NCBI GenBank assembly: GCA_963794325.1
Contig: CAWCDG010000002.1
Span: 192,001-256,000 of the forward strand
Direction: 5' to 3'
From: an uncultured delta proteobacterium
Lineage (GTDB): Bacteria; Desulfobacterota; Binatia; Binatales; Binataceae
DNA: 64,000 nucleotides
Below the pieces are notes generated by a model, which searched no databases, was not told the origin of the DNA, and worked only from the letters and a program-made list of their open reading frames with translations. Positions 18,853-29,384 of the stretch are shown here, piece after piece. The translations under genes and the position numbers were made by a program. Each line of letters starts with the position of its first letter. Position 1 is the stretch's first letter.

Positions 18853-21800
18853 CTAAGGCGTATACCGGTAGAGGCGCTGGCAGTTGGCCTCGACCATGCT
18901 GGTCTGCCAGTCGACCACACCGCCACAGTTATCCCCGTTCACGAAAAGCGAGCTGGTCCCCGCTAGCGGTACACCCGGGACGTCGTCGTTGCCGACGTTT
19001 GACGGGGACAGCAGGACGAGCTCTCCGTTGCGATAGGCGAAAGACTTCGCCGTAAGGATCGCATGTACCGGCGAGAGAGCGCCCCGCATGAGGAGCCAGC
19101 CGGACGCGGCGTCGTATCTCCACCCTTGCGCCGGCCCGGCCGTTCCGAACTCGGTTTGGCTGCTGGCGAGCGCCGGGAACGGTACCTCGAAGCCCGGGAA
19201 CGCTGTGTGGCTAGGTGTCGTGGACATGTACGTACACAGATCCGTGCCCGGATTGTACGCCCAGAAGTACTGGACCCCGTCGGCGACCAACCGGAAGTCG
19301 CCGTAGAGGGAGCACGCCTTCAAGTACTGGGTGGAGGTGCTGCTGATGGGGAAATACTGCACGGTGGGTGAGCTGCCGATCGGATACCCCTCCCGGATGT
19401 ACTGGACGCCCCCGCCGCCCGGCCCCTCGTAGACGATCCCGTCGACCACCGTGGCGTTGAACGGCACAAGGTAGTAGGCGCCCTGGTACTGGACGATCCG
19501 ATCGCCCTCGCCCTGGATGTTGGCCAGCGCGTCGCCCGGGCCGATCGGCACCGGCGAGCTGGCGTCGATCTCGTACGCGCCTCCCCCGGCCGCTGTGAAA
19601 AAGAGCTTCCCGTTGATGACGGACGAGTCGCCGCCGTGGCGCTCGGTCGGGTTCCAGACCGGAGCGTCGTCGCCGCCGGGGACGATGTCCGTGCGGTTGG
19701 AGCTGGCTAGGACGGGCGGGTCGCCAGGCGCCCACTTGTAGATCTTACTGTTGCCGTTGACGGTGCCCTTAAAGAAGAGCACCCCTCCGACGTTGGTCAG
19801 CAGCGAGATCTCATCACTACCGCCCGGCACGAGATTGCTGATGGCGTTCGCGGCGACCAGCGGGCCGTCGCCCACGGTGTGCTCGAAGAGCTTGTATTGC
19901 GGGTTGCCGGCGGAGCCGATGTCGCCGATGAAGTACAGCGTGTTCCCGATCGCGAACATTGGGATGTTGGGCATCTGGAAGTCGGCGTTGATCTTGACGG
20001 TGGCCAGCCCCTCGCCCGGGGCGTGCGAGAAGAGCCCGTACTGCGGGTTCGAGTTTCCAGGCACGGTGTCGCTGCGCGCGCGGAAGTACATCCGGTCGCC
20101 GACCTGCGTCAGGGCACTCGGGTACTTCGTGCCCGAGGCGACGTCATCGCCGTCGCTGTCGATGTCGACGGTGTCGAAAACCTGCTGCGCCGTGGTCGAG
20201 CCGGCCGGCAGGACGTAGAGCTCGTGGTTCCCGTACCCGCTCCGTCCGTTGCCTCGCTCGAAGCCGTAATTGGGGAACTTGTCGCTGTGCAAGTACCCGA
20301 CGAAGCCCTCGTAGGACAGGAAGTAGACCGCATCGCCCAGCGTCGCGGAGGTGACGACATAGGACATTGGGGCGGTGTTGACGGTGAACGCCGGGCTCGC
20401 GCTGACGCTCGACGAGACGGGCCACGCCGTCTGGTAGAACTTCAGGCCCTTCGAGGAGTCGCGCCCGTTAAAGTAGAACTGGTCGCCGATCAGCCCGACC
20501 GGTGTTGAGGGCTCGCTGCACGGACTGCTGCACGTGGCGACGAGGGGCGTCGTCACCGTCGCCAGTCCGCCGGGCGTGTAGGCGTAGATCTCGCGCTCTT
20601 GTGTGTTGTCGAGCGCGGAGAACACCACCGTGCCGTTGATGACGCCGAGGTCGGCGATGTTGCTGATTCCCGCCGAGAGCATGGTGGGCGCGGCGTCGCC
20701 GATGGTCCAGCTCGCGAGCCCCCCGCCGTTGTCGAAGTAGTTGACGTTGTTCAGGAGGATACCGGTGGCGACCTCGATGCCGACGGGCGGGGTGCCCGGC
20801 GTCGTCGGCGCGGTCACCGGCGGACCTCCCGGTGTGTACCGGTAGATCCCGTCCGCGGTGGCGAAGACCAGCTGGCCCGCGTTGACGCCAAGGAGGTAGA
20901 GCCCGTCGGGAGTGACGACGGGCGTCGGAAGGTTCGTGATCGCGCGCGTCTTCCGCATCTGCGGGTTGTACTCGTAGACGTCGTAGCGCGATCCGTTGTT
21001 CGCCACGAAGTAAACGAGCGTGCCGACGCCGATCGGCGCGAAGTAGCCGGGGGCAGGCGTATCATTGCCGAGATTAAAAGGAATCGATCCCGTCTGGCCG
21101 TTCCCAAGCGCAAGGTCGGGCTCGGTCGCGATCTGGTCGGGGATCGGGTTGCACATGTCCTTATTCACGTTCGCGATCGGGTCAGTCACCATCGGATCTC
21201 CGGGCGCGTACTTGTAGATCTTGATGCAGCCCTTGTTCGAAAACGCGTTGAAGTAGATGACGCCGTTGACCACGCGGACGCCCCCGGCCCACTGGTGGTC
21301 CGGGCCGGTCGGGTTCGTGTTCGATCGCTGCTGGACGCCGCCGACCGGGTCGTAGGAGTAGAGCTTGCCGCCCATGCCGTTGCTCGCGAAAAAGTAGATC
21401 TGCCCGTTGAGCGAGATCCCGCCATCGAGCGCGCCGTCGTCGATCACGTTGTTGTTGGTCGGGATCGCGACGAGCTGTTTCCGCTTGGGCGTGACGAGCG
21501 TGGAGATACCGGGCTCGACCGAGAGTGAGTTGGTGCTCACCTGGATGCCGGAGATCGTCGTGCTCGCCTTCCCGACCGCGACCGTCACCGACTGCGTGGG
21601 GCCGGTGACCAGCGCGAGCTCGAAGAGGAAGCCGCCGTCGCGTGGCAAGAGCAAACTCGCCCGCTTGGCCTTGCGGTCGGTGGTCGTGATGTTGATCGGC
21701 TTGGCGCAATCGACCGGGCTGGTTCCGTTCAACAGCGTGACCTGAAGCTGCGCCGGGACGCCGGACTCAACGATCATGGGATACGTCGCCTCGACCGACG

Positions 21801-21909
21801 TGACGGTGCACGGCGGGGGCGGGGGGCCTTTGGTTTGCGCTTCCGTGCCCCCCAGAACCAGAAACGCCACAAGGCTCAGGAGAGAGCTTGTCCGAACGAG
21901 CTTTCGCAT
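18853..21909 (-). CDS. Large secreted beta-propeller repeat protein (ELWxxDGT-like repeats)
   Basis: Signal peptide; repeated hYFxA...(K/E)(L/I)Yx(Y/W)xP units. Confidence 0.75.
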   Translation of the reverse strand: MRKLVRTSSLLSLVAFLVLGGTEAQTKGPPPPPCTVTSVEATYPMIVESGVPAQLQVTLLNGTSPVDCAKPINITTTDRKAKRASLLLPRDGGFLFELALVTGPTQSVTVAVGKASTTISGIQVSTNSLSVEPGISTLVTPKRKQLVAIPTNNNVIDDGALDGGISLNGQIYFFASNGMGGKLYSYDPVGGVQQRSNTNPTGPDHQWAGGVRVVNGVIYFNAFSNKGCIKIYKYAPGDPMVTDPIANVNKDMCNPIPDQIATEPDLALGNGQTGSIPFNLGNDTPAPGYFAPIGVGTLVYFVANNGSRYDVYEYNPQMRKTRAITNLPTPVVTPDGLYLLGVNAGQLVFATADGIYRYTPGGPPVTAPTTPGTPPVGIEVATGILLNNVNYFDNGGGLASWTIGDAAPTMLSAGISNIADLGVINGTVVFSALDNTQEREIYAYTPGGLATVTTPLVATCSSPCSEPSTPVGLIGDQFYFNGRDSSKGLKFYQTAWPVSSSVSASPAFTVNTAPMSYVVTSATLGDAVYFLSYEGFVGYLHSDKFPNYGFERGNGRSGYGNHELYVLPAGSTTAQQVFDTVDIDSDGDDVASGTKYPSALTQVGDRMYFRARSDTVPGNSNPQYGLFSHAPGEGLATVKINADFQMPNIPMFAIGNTLYFIGDIGSAGNPQYKLFEHTVGDGPLVAANAISNLVPGGSDEISLLTNVGGVLFFKGTVNGNSKIYKWAPGDPPVLASSNRTDIVPGGDDAPVWNPTERHGGDSSVINGKLFFTAAGGGAYEIDASSPVPIGPGDALANIQGEGDRIVQYQGAYYLVPFNATVVDGIVYEGPGGGGVQYIREGYPIGSSPTVQYFPISSTSTQYLKACSLYGDFRLVADGVQYFWAYNPGTDLCTYMSTTPSHTAFPGFEVPFPALASSQTEFGTAGPAQGWRYDAASGWLLMRGALSPVHAILTAKSFAYRNGELVLLSPSNVGNDDVPGVPLAGTSSLFVNGDNCGGVVDWQTSMVEANCQRLYRYTP

Positions 21910-22627
21910 GCTCCCACCCCTAAGAACAGGTTGTCCGCAGTTCTCTTGAGAATGCTTTGCTAGTTCTCATGATCGCCGTCTTCCTTTGTCATAACTCCAT
22001 GACATCGTCAAGGCGCTCATTCGAACGCTCATTCTTGAGAATACCTAGTCACCAATAGTTGGCTTCGCTGCTCCCGTCTGACGACGTTTTCCAGCCACCG
22101 CGGCTGAAGACTCGCCATAGACCCAATCCTGCTCACATCGCAAATCGAAACCACGAAAGTGACAAGCGCGATGGACGACGCCAGCCACTTCATTGTTCCC
22201 GAAATATGATGGCGAGCAGTTGCGGCTAGATCGCTCTGTACTCCGCTTCGCATTTTTTCCGGATTATTGATCTGCTGCGTCCGTTGCGTCATCCGCTGCT
22301 CGTGCTGAGTCTCTGGCAGACTCGGCTTGATCTAATGCGTCATCAGCAGCGTCTTTCGCTTTATCTGACGCGTTTGAGATACGCGGATGCCAAAATGTGG
22401 AAATGGTTTCGTGACTATCGCGACCGGTTGATTTGAAAGAGCGCCGCCACAGACCAGCATTAGCTTAACGGGACAGGGTCGACCCGGGCCAGCCGCAGCG
22501 CTCCCTTCCGTTGACTCAGTCCTTGCTTGAGCGTTCGGCTTCGGCGATGAGCGCAGAGAGCTTCTTTCCGAGGGCGTGGGCGACTCGCTCGGCAACTTGA
22601 AGCGGCACGTCGTGAATTTGCGCTCCG

Positions 22628-23089
22628 CTACGCCGAGGCACCGACCTTCGCGAGCCAGCTCTCTGGGGTCATCTTGAACGTTCCCAGAAGTTGGAGCAGT
22701 CGCTCGCTCGGCGCGGTTGTAACGAAGATGCCGCCTTCCGTCCAGGATCCCGTCTTCGTCCAGCCCATCTCGTCGGCGAGACGGATCGCCTCTCCGTACG
22801 TGAGGCAGTAGCAGACTGCCCGCGGCAGATCTGCGACGTGCCAAACATAGGCGATCAGGAGATCCGGAAACTTCTCAAGCTTGCGCCAGATCCCGAAGCT
22901 CCGCTCGCTCGACGCCTTCATCTGGATAGGCCGCCCGATGAAGTGGCCGCTCTCGTCGAGGTCGACGAACGCTATCAGGTCGATACCGTGGTCGCGTTCC
23001 GGGCGCGCGACCTCGAGCCCGCTCCGGTAGAGCTCGGTGACGAGCCAGTTGCGCCCGACGATCTCGACGATCTGGGAGTCCTGCCGCAT
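22628..23089 (-). CDS. Small PD-(D/E)XK-type nuclease-like protein
   Basis: RPERDHGIDLIA...PIQMKAS pattern. Confidence 0.65.
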   Translation of the reverse strand: MRQDSQIVEIVGRNWLVTELYRSGLEVARPERDHGIDLIAFVDLDESGHFIGRPIQMKASSERSFGIWRKLEKFPDLLIAYVWHVADLPRAVCYCLTYGEAIRLADEMGWTKTGSWTEGGIFVTTAPSERLLQLLGTFKMTPESWLAKVGASA

Positions 23090-23099
23090 CTTGCGATGT

Positions 23100-23125
23100 T
23101 ACTCATAGTCTGTAGACCGATAGGC
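23100..23125 (+). promoter_or_regulatory. C-box-like operator
   Basis: TACT-CAT-AGTC TGTA GACC-GAT-AGGC resembles the tandem GACT-N3-AGTC boxes of R-M controller proteins; 26 bp upstream of the XRE gene. Confidence 0.65.
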
Positions 23126-23151
23126 CGCAAGAGACGCTTAGCTAAGCGCGC

Positions 23152-23394
23152 ATGGACTTGCGCCGTCAGGTTGGCCTCAACGTCAGACAGGCCCGCTCCC
23201 GAAAGGGGTGGTCGCAGGAGGAGCTTGCCTTCCGTTCGGGGCTGCACCGCACGTATGTCAGCGGGGTCGAACGTGGGACGCGGAATCCCACAGTGCTGGT
23301 TATCGGCCGGCTGGCGGCCACCCTTGGTATCGCGCCGGCGGAGTTGTTGGAGCCGGTCTCTGACACACGACGACCACGGCCAAGGGAGCGCTAG
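23152..23394 (+). CDS. XRE-family HTH regulator (R-M controller C-protein-like)
   Basis: SQEELAFRSGLHRTYVSGVERGTRNPTV motif. Confidence 0.9.
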   Translation: MDLRRQVGLNVRQARSRKGWSQEELAFRSGLHRTYVSGVERGTRNPTVLVIGRLAATLGIAPAELLEPVSDTRRPRPRER

Positions 23395-23523
23395 TCGTTC
23401 GCGAGTTACCGACCTCGGGGACTTCGCCCACTGAAGGAGCCGAACCGCCAGTCTCGCCAGAGCGATGCCGTCGGAAGATGAGTAGGTCGATGAGTCCCAA
23501 ACCGGGTCAACTCCAGAATTTGG

Positions 23524-24789
23524 TCAGACGTTTGATCGCACCAAGTCGACGAGAGGCTTGCAGGCGCACCACGCCGACGCGATCAGATCAATCGCATCAG
23601 CCTTTCGAAGCTCTGGGCAGCGCACATAGTCAAAGACCACGCCCATTTGAAACTCGTAGTTCGAGCCTTCTTTGTTGACGAAAGACCCGTAAGCAGCGGA
23701 CAGCCATCTTGGCTGTGTCTTCGGCGGCCCACCAGACGGAATCGCCGTGCGCAAGTCGAATTCAATGCTCGCATCGACGAACGGCGCTTCACGCTGTGTC
23801 CGCCACCGCCGCTGAACGCCCCTGAACCACGGCGCTGCGCCCTTGTGATTACGGAGCAATGGTTTCAGGTTGCTGACGATATCCTCTACCAACGCTTGAA
23901 ATCCGGCCTCACCCGATCCTTTGAGCTTCTGTTTCGTGACCCTGTTTACGTTGTCGGGCACAGTCACCATCGCTCGAACGTCTTGAGAACCGACGCGTAG
24001 GGTCAAGTGGGGATAGTTGGTAAACTTAGACTCGTCTGAGGCCATGGAGAGCGAGAGAAAATCCCAAACGGCGTCTCCTTGGCGGCCGGTGATGCTCGCC
24101 CGTCCTGGCGATTTTGGATTGATGCCGAGGCGATGCAAGAGGTCGCGACGGGTTCTTAGCTCATTCAGTGCCAACTTAAGAACACGTTTGCCTTCAAGGT
24201 AGGTGAACTGTTGATCGGGCCCAAAAGGAAATCCTGAAAACATCGTCAACGTGCCCTCTCGGAATTGTCCAGTGTCAATAAGCTTCGCCTCGGCGATTTC
24301 CAGATAATCTGCCGCCATTGCTGCCCACTTGCTGTCGGATCCACGTCGCCGGAGCCACGCATACACGTTCCGCCATTCGAGCGGTATTGTGCCTGACGGA
24401 AGGGGTGCTGGAAGTACCGGGGCAATCGCCACCGCTATAATATGTTCGAAGCCTCGGTTTTCGGCGGTACGCCGGTGGCGACGGATTTGGTCTGAACCCA
24501 GCTTCGCGATTACTTTGGTTTCAATAAAAATACACCAGCTTTCTTCATCGAAAATCCAGCCGTCGGGAATGCCTCGGCGTTCAAGCTCGTCCTCGCCCGG
24601 CTCCTCTTCTCCTGGATATTGCTGTTCCAACACCAAAAGCTTGCGCGGGTTTGTGGGAGGATTCACTTCTAAAAGTTCGCGCAGAAAGTGGCTCAAGAGG
24701 ATTCGATCTTCGTTGAGCGCAGTCATCAACGCATGTGTGACGCGATTTTCAGGCTGAGAATATTGATCGAAGACGTTTCTCAAGAGCAC
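23524..24789 (-). CDS. PD-(D/E)XK nuclease-domain protein
   Basis: ENRVTHAL, GIPDGWI and IFIETKV motifs; lower GC than flanking genes. Confidence 0.7.
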   Translation of the reverse strand: MLLRNVFDQYSQPENRVTHALMTALNEDRILLSHFLRELLEVNPPTNPRKLLVLEQQYPGEEEPGEDELERRGIPDGWIFDEESWCIFIETKVIAKLGSDQIRRHRRTAENRGFEHIIAVAIAPVLPAPLPSGTIPLEWRNVYAWLRRRGSDSKWAAMAADYLEIAEAKLIDTGQFREGTLTMFSGFPFGPDQQFTYLEGKRVLKLALNELRTRRDLLHRLGINPKSPGRASITGRQGDAVWDFLSLSMASDESKFTNYPHLTLRVGSQDVRAMVTVPDNVNRVTKQKLKGSGEAGFQALVEDIVSNLKPLLRNHKGAAPWFRGVQRRWRTQREAPFVDASIEFDLRTAIPSGGPPKTQPRWLSAAYGSFVNKEGSNYEFQMGVVFDYVRCPELRKADAIDLIASAWCACKPLVDLVRSNV

Positions 24790-24877
24790 TCACTCCCAAA
24801 AAGTGTTATTTGGGGCCGCGCCACGCACGCGCGGATTGGACAGACGTTAGCCAGAATTCTAAACCTCCGTCGGTACC

Positions 24878-25282
24878 TTAGACCATTACATAATCCATAG
24901 CCTTGAGCCGGGCGAATATCTTCTTGCACTCCGCTGCGCGCTGGTCGCGCTCTTGCTGCCGAACCTTGGCAGACACCTTTGGGGCCTTTTGCCGCCGAGC
25001 TTCGTCATCGATGTTGAACTGGAGAAGGTCGTGGTACTCCTCCTCCCCGATTAGCTCTTCCCAAGGCTCGAACTGCTCACACGAGTCGAGTGCCGCCTGC
25101 ACCCGGCCGGCAGCAGCCCGGCGGCGCAGGCTCGCGATGGTATCGAGATGGTTGTCGAATTGAGCCTTCAGCTTGCGACCGTTGTATTCGCGACCGCGCT
25201 CGCGCTGAAACCAGCGCTCCAGCCGGTCGAGCCGAGCTGTCAAGTCCCTGAGAAGAGCCTGGTCGTGCGCACGCTTGGGCAT
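24878..25282 (-). CDS. Hypothetical protein
   Basis: Charged helical ORF starting MPKRAHDQ just inside the att-like repeat. Confidence 0.5.
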   Translation of the reverse strand: MPKRAHDQALLRDLTARLDRLERWFQRERGREYNGRKLKAQFDNHLDTIASLRRRAAAGRVQAALDSCEQFEPWEELIGEEEYHDLLQFNIDDEARRQKAPKVSAKVRQQERDQRAAECKKIFARLKAMDYVMV

Positions 25283-25300
25283 CACGCCGAGCGTGCAACA

Positions 25301-25314
25301 CGTCGGGGACGCCA
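25301..25314 (+). repeat. att-like duplicate of the tRNA-Glu 3' end
   Basis: Exact 14-bp match to 18228-18241. Confidence 0.8.
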
Positions 25315-25420
25315 AGGGTTCTTGAGTTTTCGGGGCGTTTGAACCGTCACGGGATCTTGCGCCGGAGGTATCGGTGAGCAAGAGGGGTTTGGGTCAGGGG
25401 CTCAATGAAATTGCAGGCCG

Positions 25421-26221
25421 TCACTTCCTCATTCTTCCCCTCACGTAACTCACCGCGAAGGCCAACGCCAGAAACGCTACGATCGTCGGTCCGGTCGGAA
25501 GATCAAACCAGTACGATGCGAATATCCCGAGCAGGCTGCACGTCAGTCCAAGACTGGTAGCGACTACGAATGCGACGCTCAAACTTCCCGCAACGCACAA
25601 CGCCGCCGCGCCCGGCGCCACCAGCATCGTGAACGTCAGTAGCGCTCCGACGCCGCGAATCGCGATGGCTACCGCAACTCCCGCCGTCACGTAGAAAATC
25701 GTGTTCCACAGATCGACCCGGATTCCGAGTGCACGCGCCATGTCCGGATCGTACGCGACGATGAGGAATTCCTTGTACGCGAAATATTGAATCGCGATCA
25801 CCAGTGCGAACGCCAACAGCATCGTCCAAAGCAGCGGCACCGGCACGGTCAGAATATTTCCGAACAGGACGTTTACGATATCGGCTTCGCCGCGCGGCGC
25901 TTTGACGATCAACAATACCGCCGCCGCCGACCCGCCCGCGTACAGCATTCCGATCAGCGCTTCCAGCGGAAGCCGCGGCGAGTCCGCAACCCGCGACAGA
26001 ACCAGAAACGTCAGCACCGTCAATACCAGCGCGACCGCGAACGGTTCGTATTGCAGCAGGACCGCCAGCGCCACTCCGGCCGAAGAGATCTCGGCGACGG
26101 CGGCGCCGACAAATACGATTCGCCGCAACACCACGTACACGCTAAGCGGCGCCAGGCCGAGCGCCACCAGGACGCCGGCGAACAGCACGTGACGCATGAA
26201 GGGAATCGCGAGGAGATCCAT
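25421..26221 (-). CDS. Zn/Mn ABC transporter permease (ZnuB/MntB-like)
   Basis: VVLRRIVFVGAAVAE, LFGNILTV, YDPDMARALG, DLPTGPTIV. Confidence 0.92.
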   Translation of the reverse strand: MDLLAIPFMRHVLFAGVLVALGLAPLSVYVVLRRIVFVGAAVAEISSAGVALAVLLQYEPFAVALVLTVLTFLVLSRVADSPRLPLEALIGMLYAGGSAAAVLLIVKAPRGEADIVNVLFGNILTVPVPLLWTMLLAFALVIAIQYFAYKEFLIVAYDPDMARALGIRVDLWNTIFYVTAGVAVAIAIRGVGALLTFTMLVAPGAAALCVAGSLSVAFVVATSLGLTCSLLGIFASYWFDLPTGPTIVAFLALAFAVSYVRGRMRK

Positions 26222-26938
26222 CTATTCCCCTCCCTCGTACGCGCGCGCCAACATCTCGGGCGACAGCATCGTTTGCTTGTCGCCGATCAGCATCCCGCCG
26301 CCGCGCGTGATCAACGCCACCCGCCGCGCAAAGTGCTCGATCGCGCTCTGCAGATGAGTCACGAAGACGATTGTCGTCGATCGTTCGCGCTGCAAGTCCA
26401 GCAGCAGCTCCATGATCGCGCGCTCAGCCTGCACGTCCATGCCGTTGGTGGGCTCATCGAGCAGCAGCGCTTCCGGCTCTCCCGCGAGAGCGCGCGCGAT
26501 CAGCACGCGCTGTTGCTGTCCGCCGGAAAGTTGCCGATAGGGCTTATCGAGGCGGTCGGACATCCTGACCCGCGCCATGCATGCGCGTGCAATCTCGAAA
26601 TCGCGGCCGCTCGCCGCGCGCATCGTGGGGATCAACCCGTAACGCCCCATCACCGCCACTTCCAGCGACGATAGCGGAAAATGCGGATCGAGCCGCTCGC
26701 GCTGCGGGACGTAGCCGAAGCGCAACGCGTCACCGTTGTTCCCGGGAAATTCGATCGCACCTCGAAGCGGCGGCACCAACCCCAGGATCGCTTTGATCAG
26801 CGTGGTCTTTCCCGACCCGTTGGGACCCATCACGCCAAGGAAGTCACCACGCTCGATCGTAAAGTCGAGTTTGTCGAGCACCACGTGTCCGCGGTAGCCG
26901 AGCGTGAGGTCGCGGCCGCGAACCAGATCAGTTGCCAT
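26222..26938 (-). CDS. Zn/Mn ABC transporter ATP-binding protein
   Basis: GPNGSGKT, GYVPQ, LSGGQQQR, LLLDEP. Confidence 0.95.
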   Translation of the reverse strand: MATDLVRGRDLTLGYRGHVVLDKLDFTIERGDFLGVMGPNGSGKTTLIKAILGLVPPLRGAIEFPGNNGDALRFGYVPQRERLDPHFPLSSLEVAVMGRYGLIPTMRAASGRDFEIARACMARVRMSDRLDKPYRQLSGGQQQRVLIARALAGEPEALLLDEPTNGMDVQAERAIMELLLDLQRERSTTIVFVTHLQSAIEHFARRVALITRGGGMLIGDKQTMLSPEMLARAYEGGE

Positions 26939-27837
26939 GGCCGAACGCCTTTACGAACTGGTTCACGACGTAGTCGATCATCGAGATATAGTCCTTCTGC
27001 TCGGACGTTCCACCGACATCGATGGTGAGATTGAGGCACGGCACACCCGCCTGAGTCGCGATCAGTTGCGCGATCGAAACGTCATAGTAAGGCTCGGTGA
27101 CTATGGCGCGCACCTTTTCCTTCTTGGCGATCTCGATCACTTCCTGCACGCGCGAGGGCGACGGCGCGAAGCCCGGCTTGTTCTCGATCGTAGTCGGAAT
27201 CGTGAGCTTGAAGGCGCGCGCGAAGTAGCTCCACGATTCGTGGTACGGAATGATCGCAGCGCCCGCGAACGGCGCCATCTCGGCGTCCCATTTTTTCTCT
27301 GCCGCCGTCAGCTGGTCGTCAAACGTTTTCAGATTGCCCGCGAAGTAGTCCTTGTCGGCCGGGTCGGTATACGAAAGCGCGTTGAATACGTTCTGCGCCA
27401 TGATTCGTCCGGCTTCAGGGTCGAGCTGGTAGTGCGGATTTCCGTAAGGGTGAATATCGCCGAAGCTGTAGTCGACGCGCCCCTTCGGCACGTCCATCAG
27501 CGGAATCCCGACCGAGACCTGCGCCTTGACGAGGTCGGAGTTGTTGGCTTCGCTGACGAGGTCGCGCGACCACTCCTCGAGGCCGAGTCCAATTTGTATG
27601 AATAGTTTCGCGCGATGAATTTTGAACAGATCGCTCGGGCGCGGCTGGTAGAAATCCGCGTTGAAGCCGCCCGGCACCAGCGCCTCGACCTCGATTTTGT
27701 CGCCGCCCACGGTAGTAACCAGCGAGGCAAGGTCGGTGGTGGTGGTTACTACCCGCAGCGGCGCCGCGTCGCATCGGGAGGACCATCGTCAGCACGATCG
27801 CAATCGTCGAAAGAATTCTCGCAACAGCTTTTTGCAT
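26928..27837 (-). CDS. Zn/Mn ABC substrate-binding protein (frameshift near 27770)
   Basis: Signal peptide in one frame; LRVVTTTTDLASL..DIHPYGNPHYQLDP..YHESWSYF in another. Confidence 0.88.
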
Positions 27838-27841
27838 TCGA

Positions 27842-29288
27842 TTAGTCCAGTGGTTTCAGGTTGCCGAGTGAGAACGTCGCCTGCAGATACACCAGGTCGG
27901 CCGCGCGCAACGGCGCGTTCGCGGCCTGGGTTCCCGTATTATGCGTGTACTGCAAGCGCAGCCGGGTGTTGTCGGAAACGAAGTAGGTGAGGATCGGCGA
28001 GAAATCGACCTCGGTCCCCCTGGGCACGCCCGGAACGTCAGCAACATCGACGAGCGCTCCCGCATGCCAGCGCAGCGCGAAGTTGTAATCGAGCAGGCTG
28101 TAGATACCGCGCTTCACGCCGTGGTCGTTGTCGCCGGTCCGCTCGGAGAGCAGCGCCTCGAGGTTCCAGGTCCACACCTGCCGCTGCGTTGGCGCATAGC
28201 GCACCTGGACAAACGGATCTTCCATGTAGGTCGCGCCGCCCGGCCCCGGACCGCCGGCGAAACTCGCACCGGCCGTCAGCGCGCCGGTAGTGAACAGGTC
28301 GCGCGAGTAGTCGAGCGATCCGATATACGCGAAGTCGTAGTTGTGGTTCTGGTTATGGTCGAAGGCGGTCGGGTTGATACCGCTGACGATGTTGAAATCG
28401 GCCTTCAGCGGGAGGTCCCACGGATTCGGGATGTAACCCTTGAGATTCACTCCCGGCTCGACCAGTCCGTCCTCACCGAGATAGAACGCGAGCGCGTTGG
28501 GCCGGTTCACCATCGGCAATTGAAAGGTGTCGGTCTCGTTGAGCAGTCCGAACTCCGGCCGGAACTGTCCCGCGCGCAAGGACAGGTCATACGGCAGCTT
28601 GTTGAAGAGCCAGGAATGCTTCCTCGATATCGAACGGGCCGTTGTTGGGCTTGTCGATCGAAATCTGCGCGGTCGTGTACGGATCAATCGGCGAGAAAAA
28701 GATCAGCTGCGTGTCGCGCGGCTGAAACTTGTCGTCGGCGGGATCGTAGCGCGCGTCGCCCTTGCGAATGTCGCTCTGCCTGAAAGTGAAATCGCCGACC
28801 GCGCTGATATCCGGGATAAACGTCTTCGAAACGCCCTCCAGTCCCGGGACGATCACGCCTTGTCCGCCGGGCTCCGCGTTGGCATAACCGGGCTCGAGCG
28901 AGGTCGGGCCCACGACCGGGCCGGGCATCAGATTCTTGACCGCGGTTCCAAGCGTAACTCCCGCGGGAGGATTTGCTGGAAGCGGCTCGCCCGCGGGCGT
29001 TATACCCGGCGGCGCTCCGCTCTGCGACGACGCCGTGCCGGCAGACGCCGCGCTGCCCACCGATGGATCTTTCGCGGCGCCGGCGTTGACGCGCGCCTCG
29101 AGCGCTTCCATCCGCTGATGCATTTCGCGGAGCTCGGTCTGAAACTCCGCCAGCTCTTTTTTCAGTTCAACATTTTGCGCCTTCAGCGAGTCGTCGCTGT
29201 CCGCGTACAGCGGATTTGCGAAAACGATTAGAAGACCCGCATTCAGCACCCAAATCCATCGTCCAACATTGGCCGCACTTCTCATCAT
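27842..29288 (-). CDS. Outer-membrane beta-barrel/porin associated with metal uptake (frameshift near 28610)
   Basis: Signal peptide, coiled coil, PDISAVGD, IDPY..EEAF joined to LRAGQFRPEFG..RLRLQY..YLQATFSLG. Confidence 0.75.
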
Positions 29289-29384
29289 GGTCACTCCTTT
29301 CCGCACAGATTTCGCGGAACGGCGAAGCGTGAATCCTCGTCACGCAACGAAATAGACCGATATGTTCGCAAACGAAGGGGGAAT

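Larger units (their letters stand above)
18228..25314. mobile_element. tRNA-Glu-anchored genomic islet bounded by 14-bp direct repeats; no integrase seen
   Basis: CGTCGGGGACGCCA at 18228-18241 and 25301-25314; accessory cargo in between. Confidence 0.75.

Noticed and set aside
21950-22620. Short ORFs between the repeat protein and the nuclease-like gene
   Set aside because: No recognisable motifs or convincing starts; left unannotated.
27760-28620. Programmed frameshifting in the metal-uptake genes
   Set aside because: No slippery sequence seen, and similar indels occur in unrelated genes.
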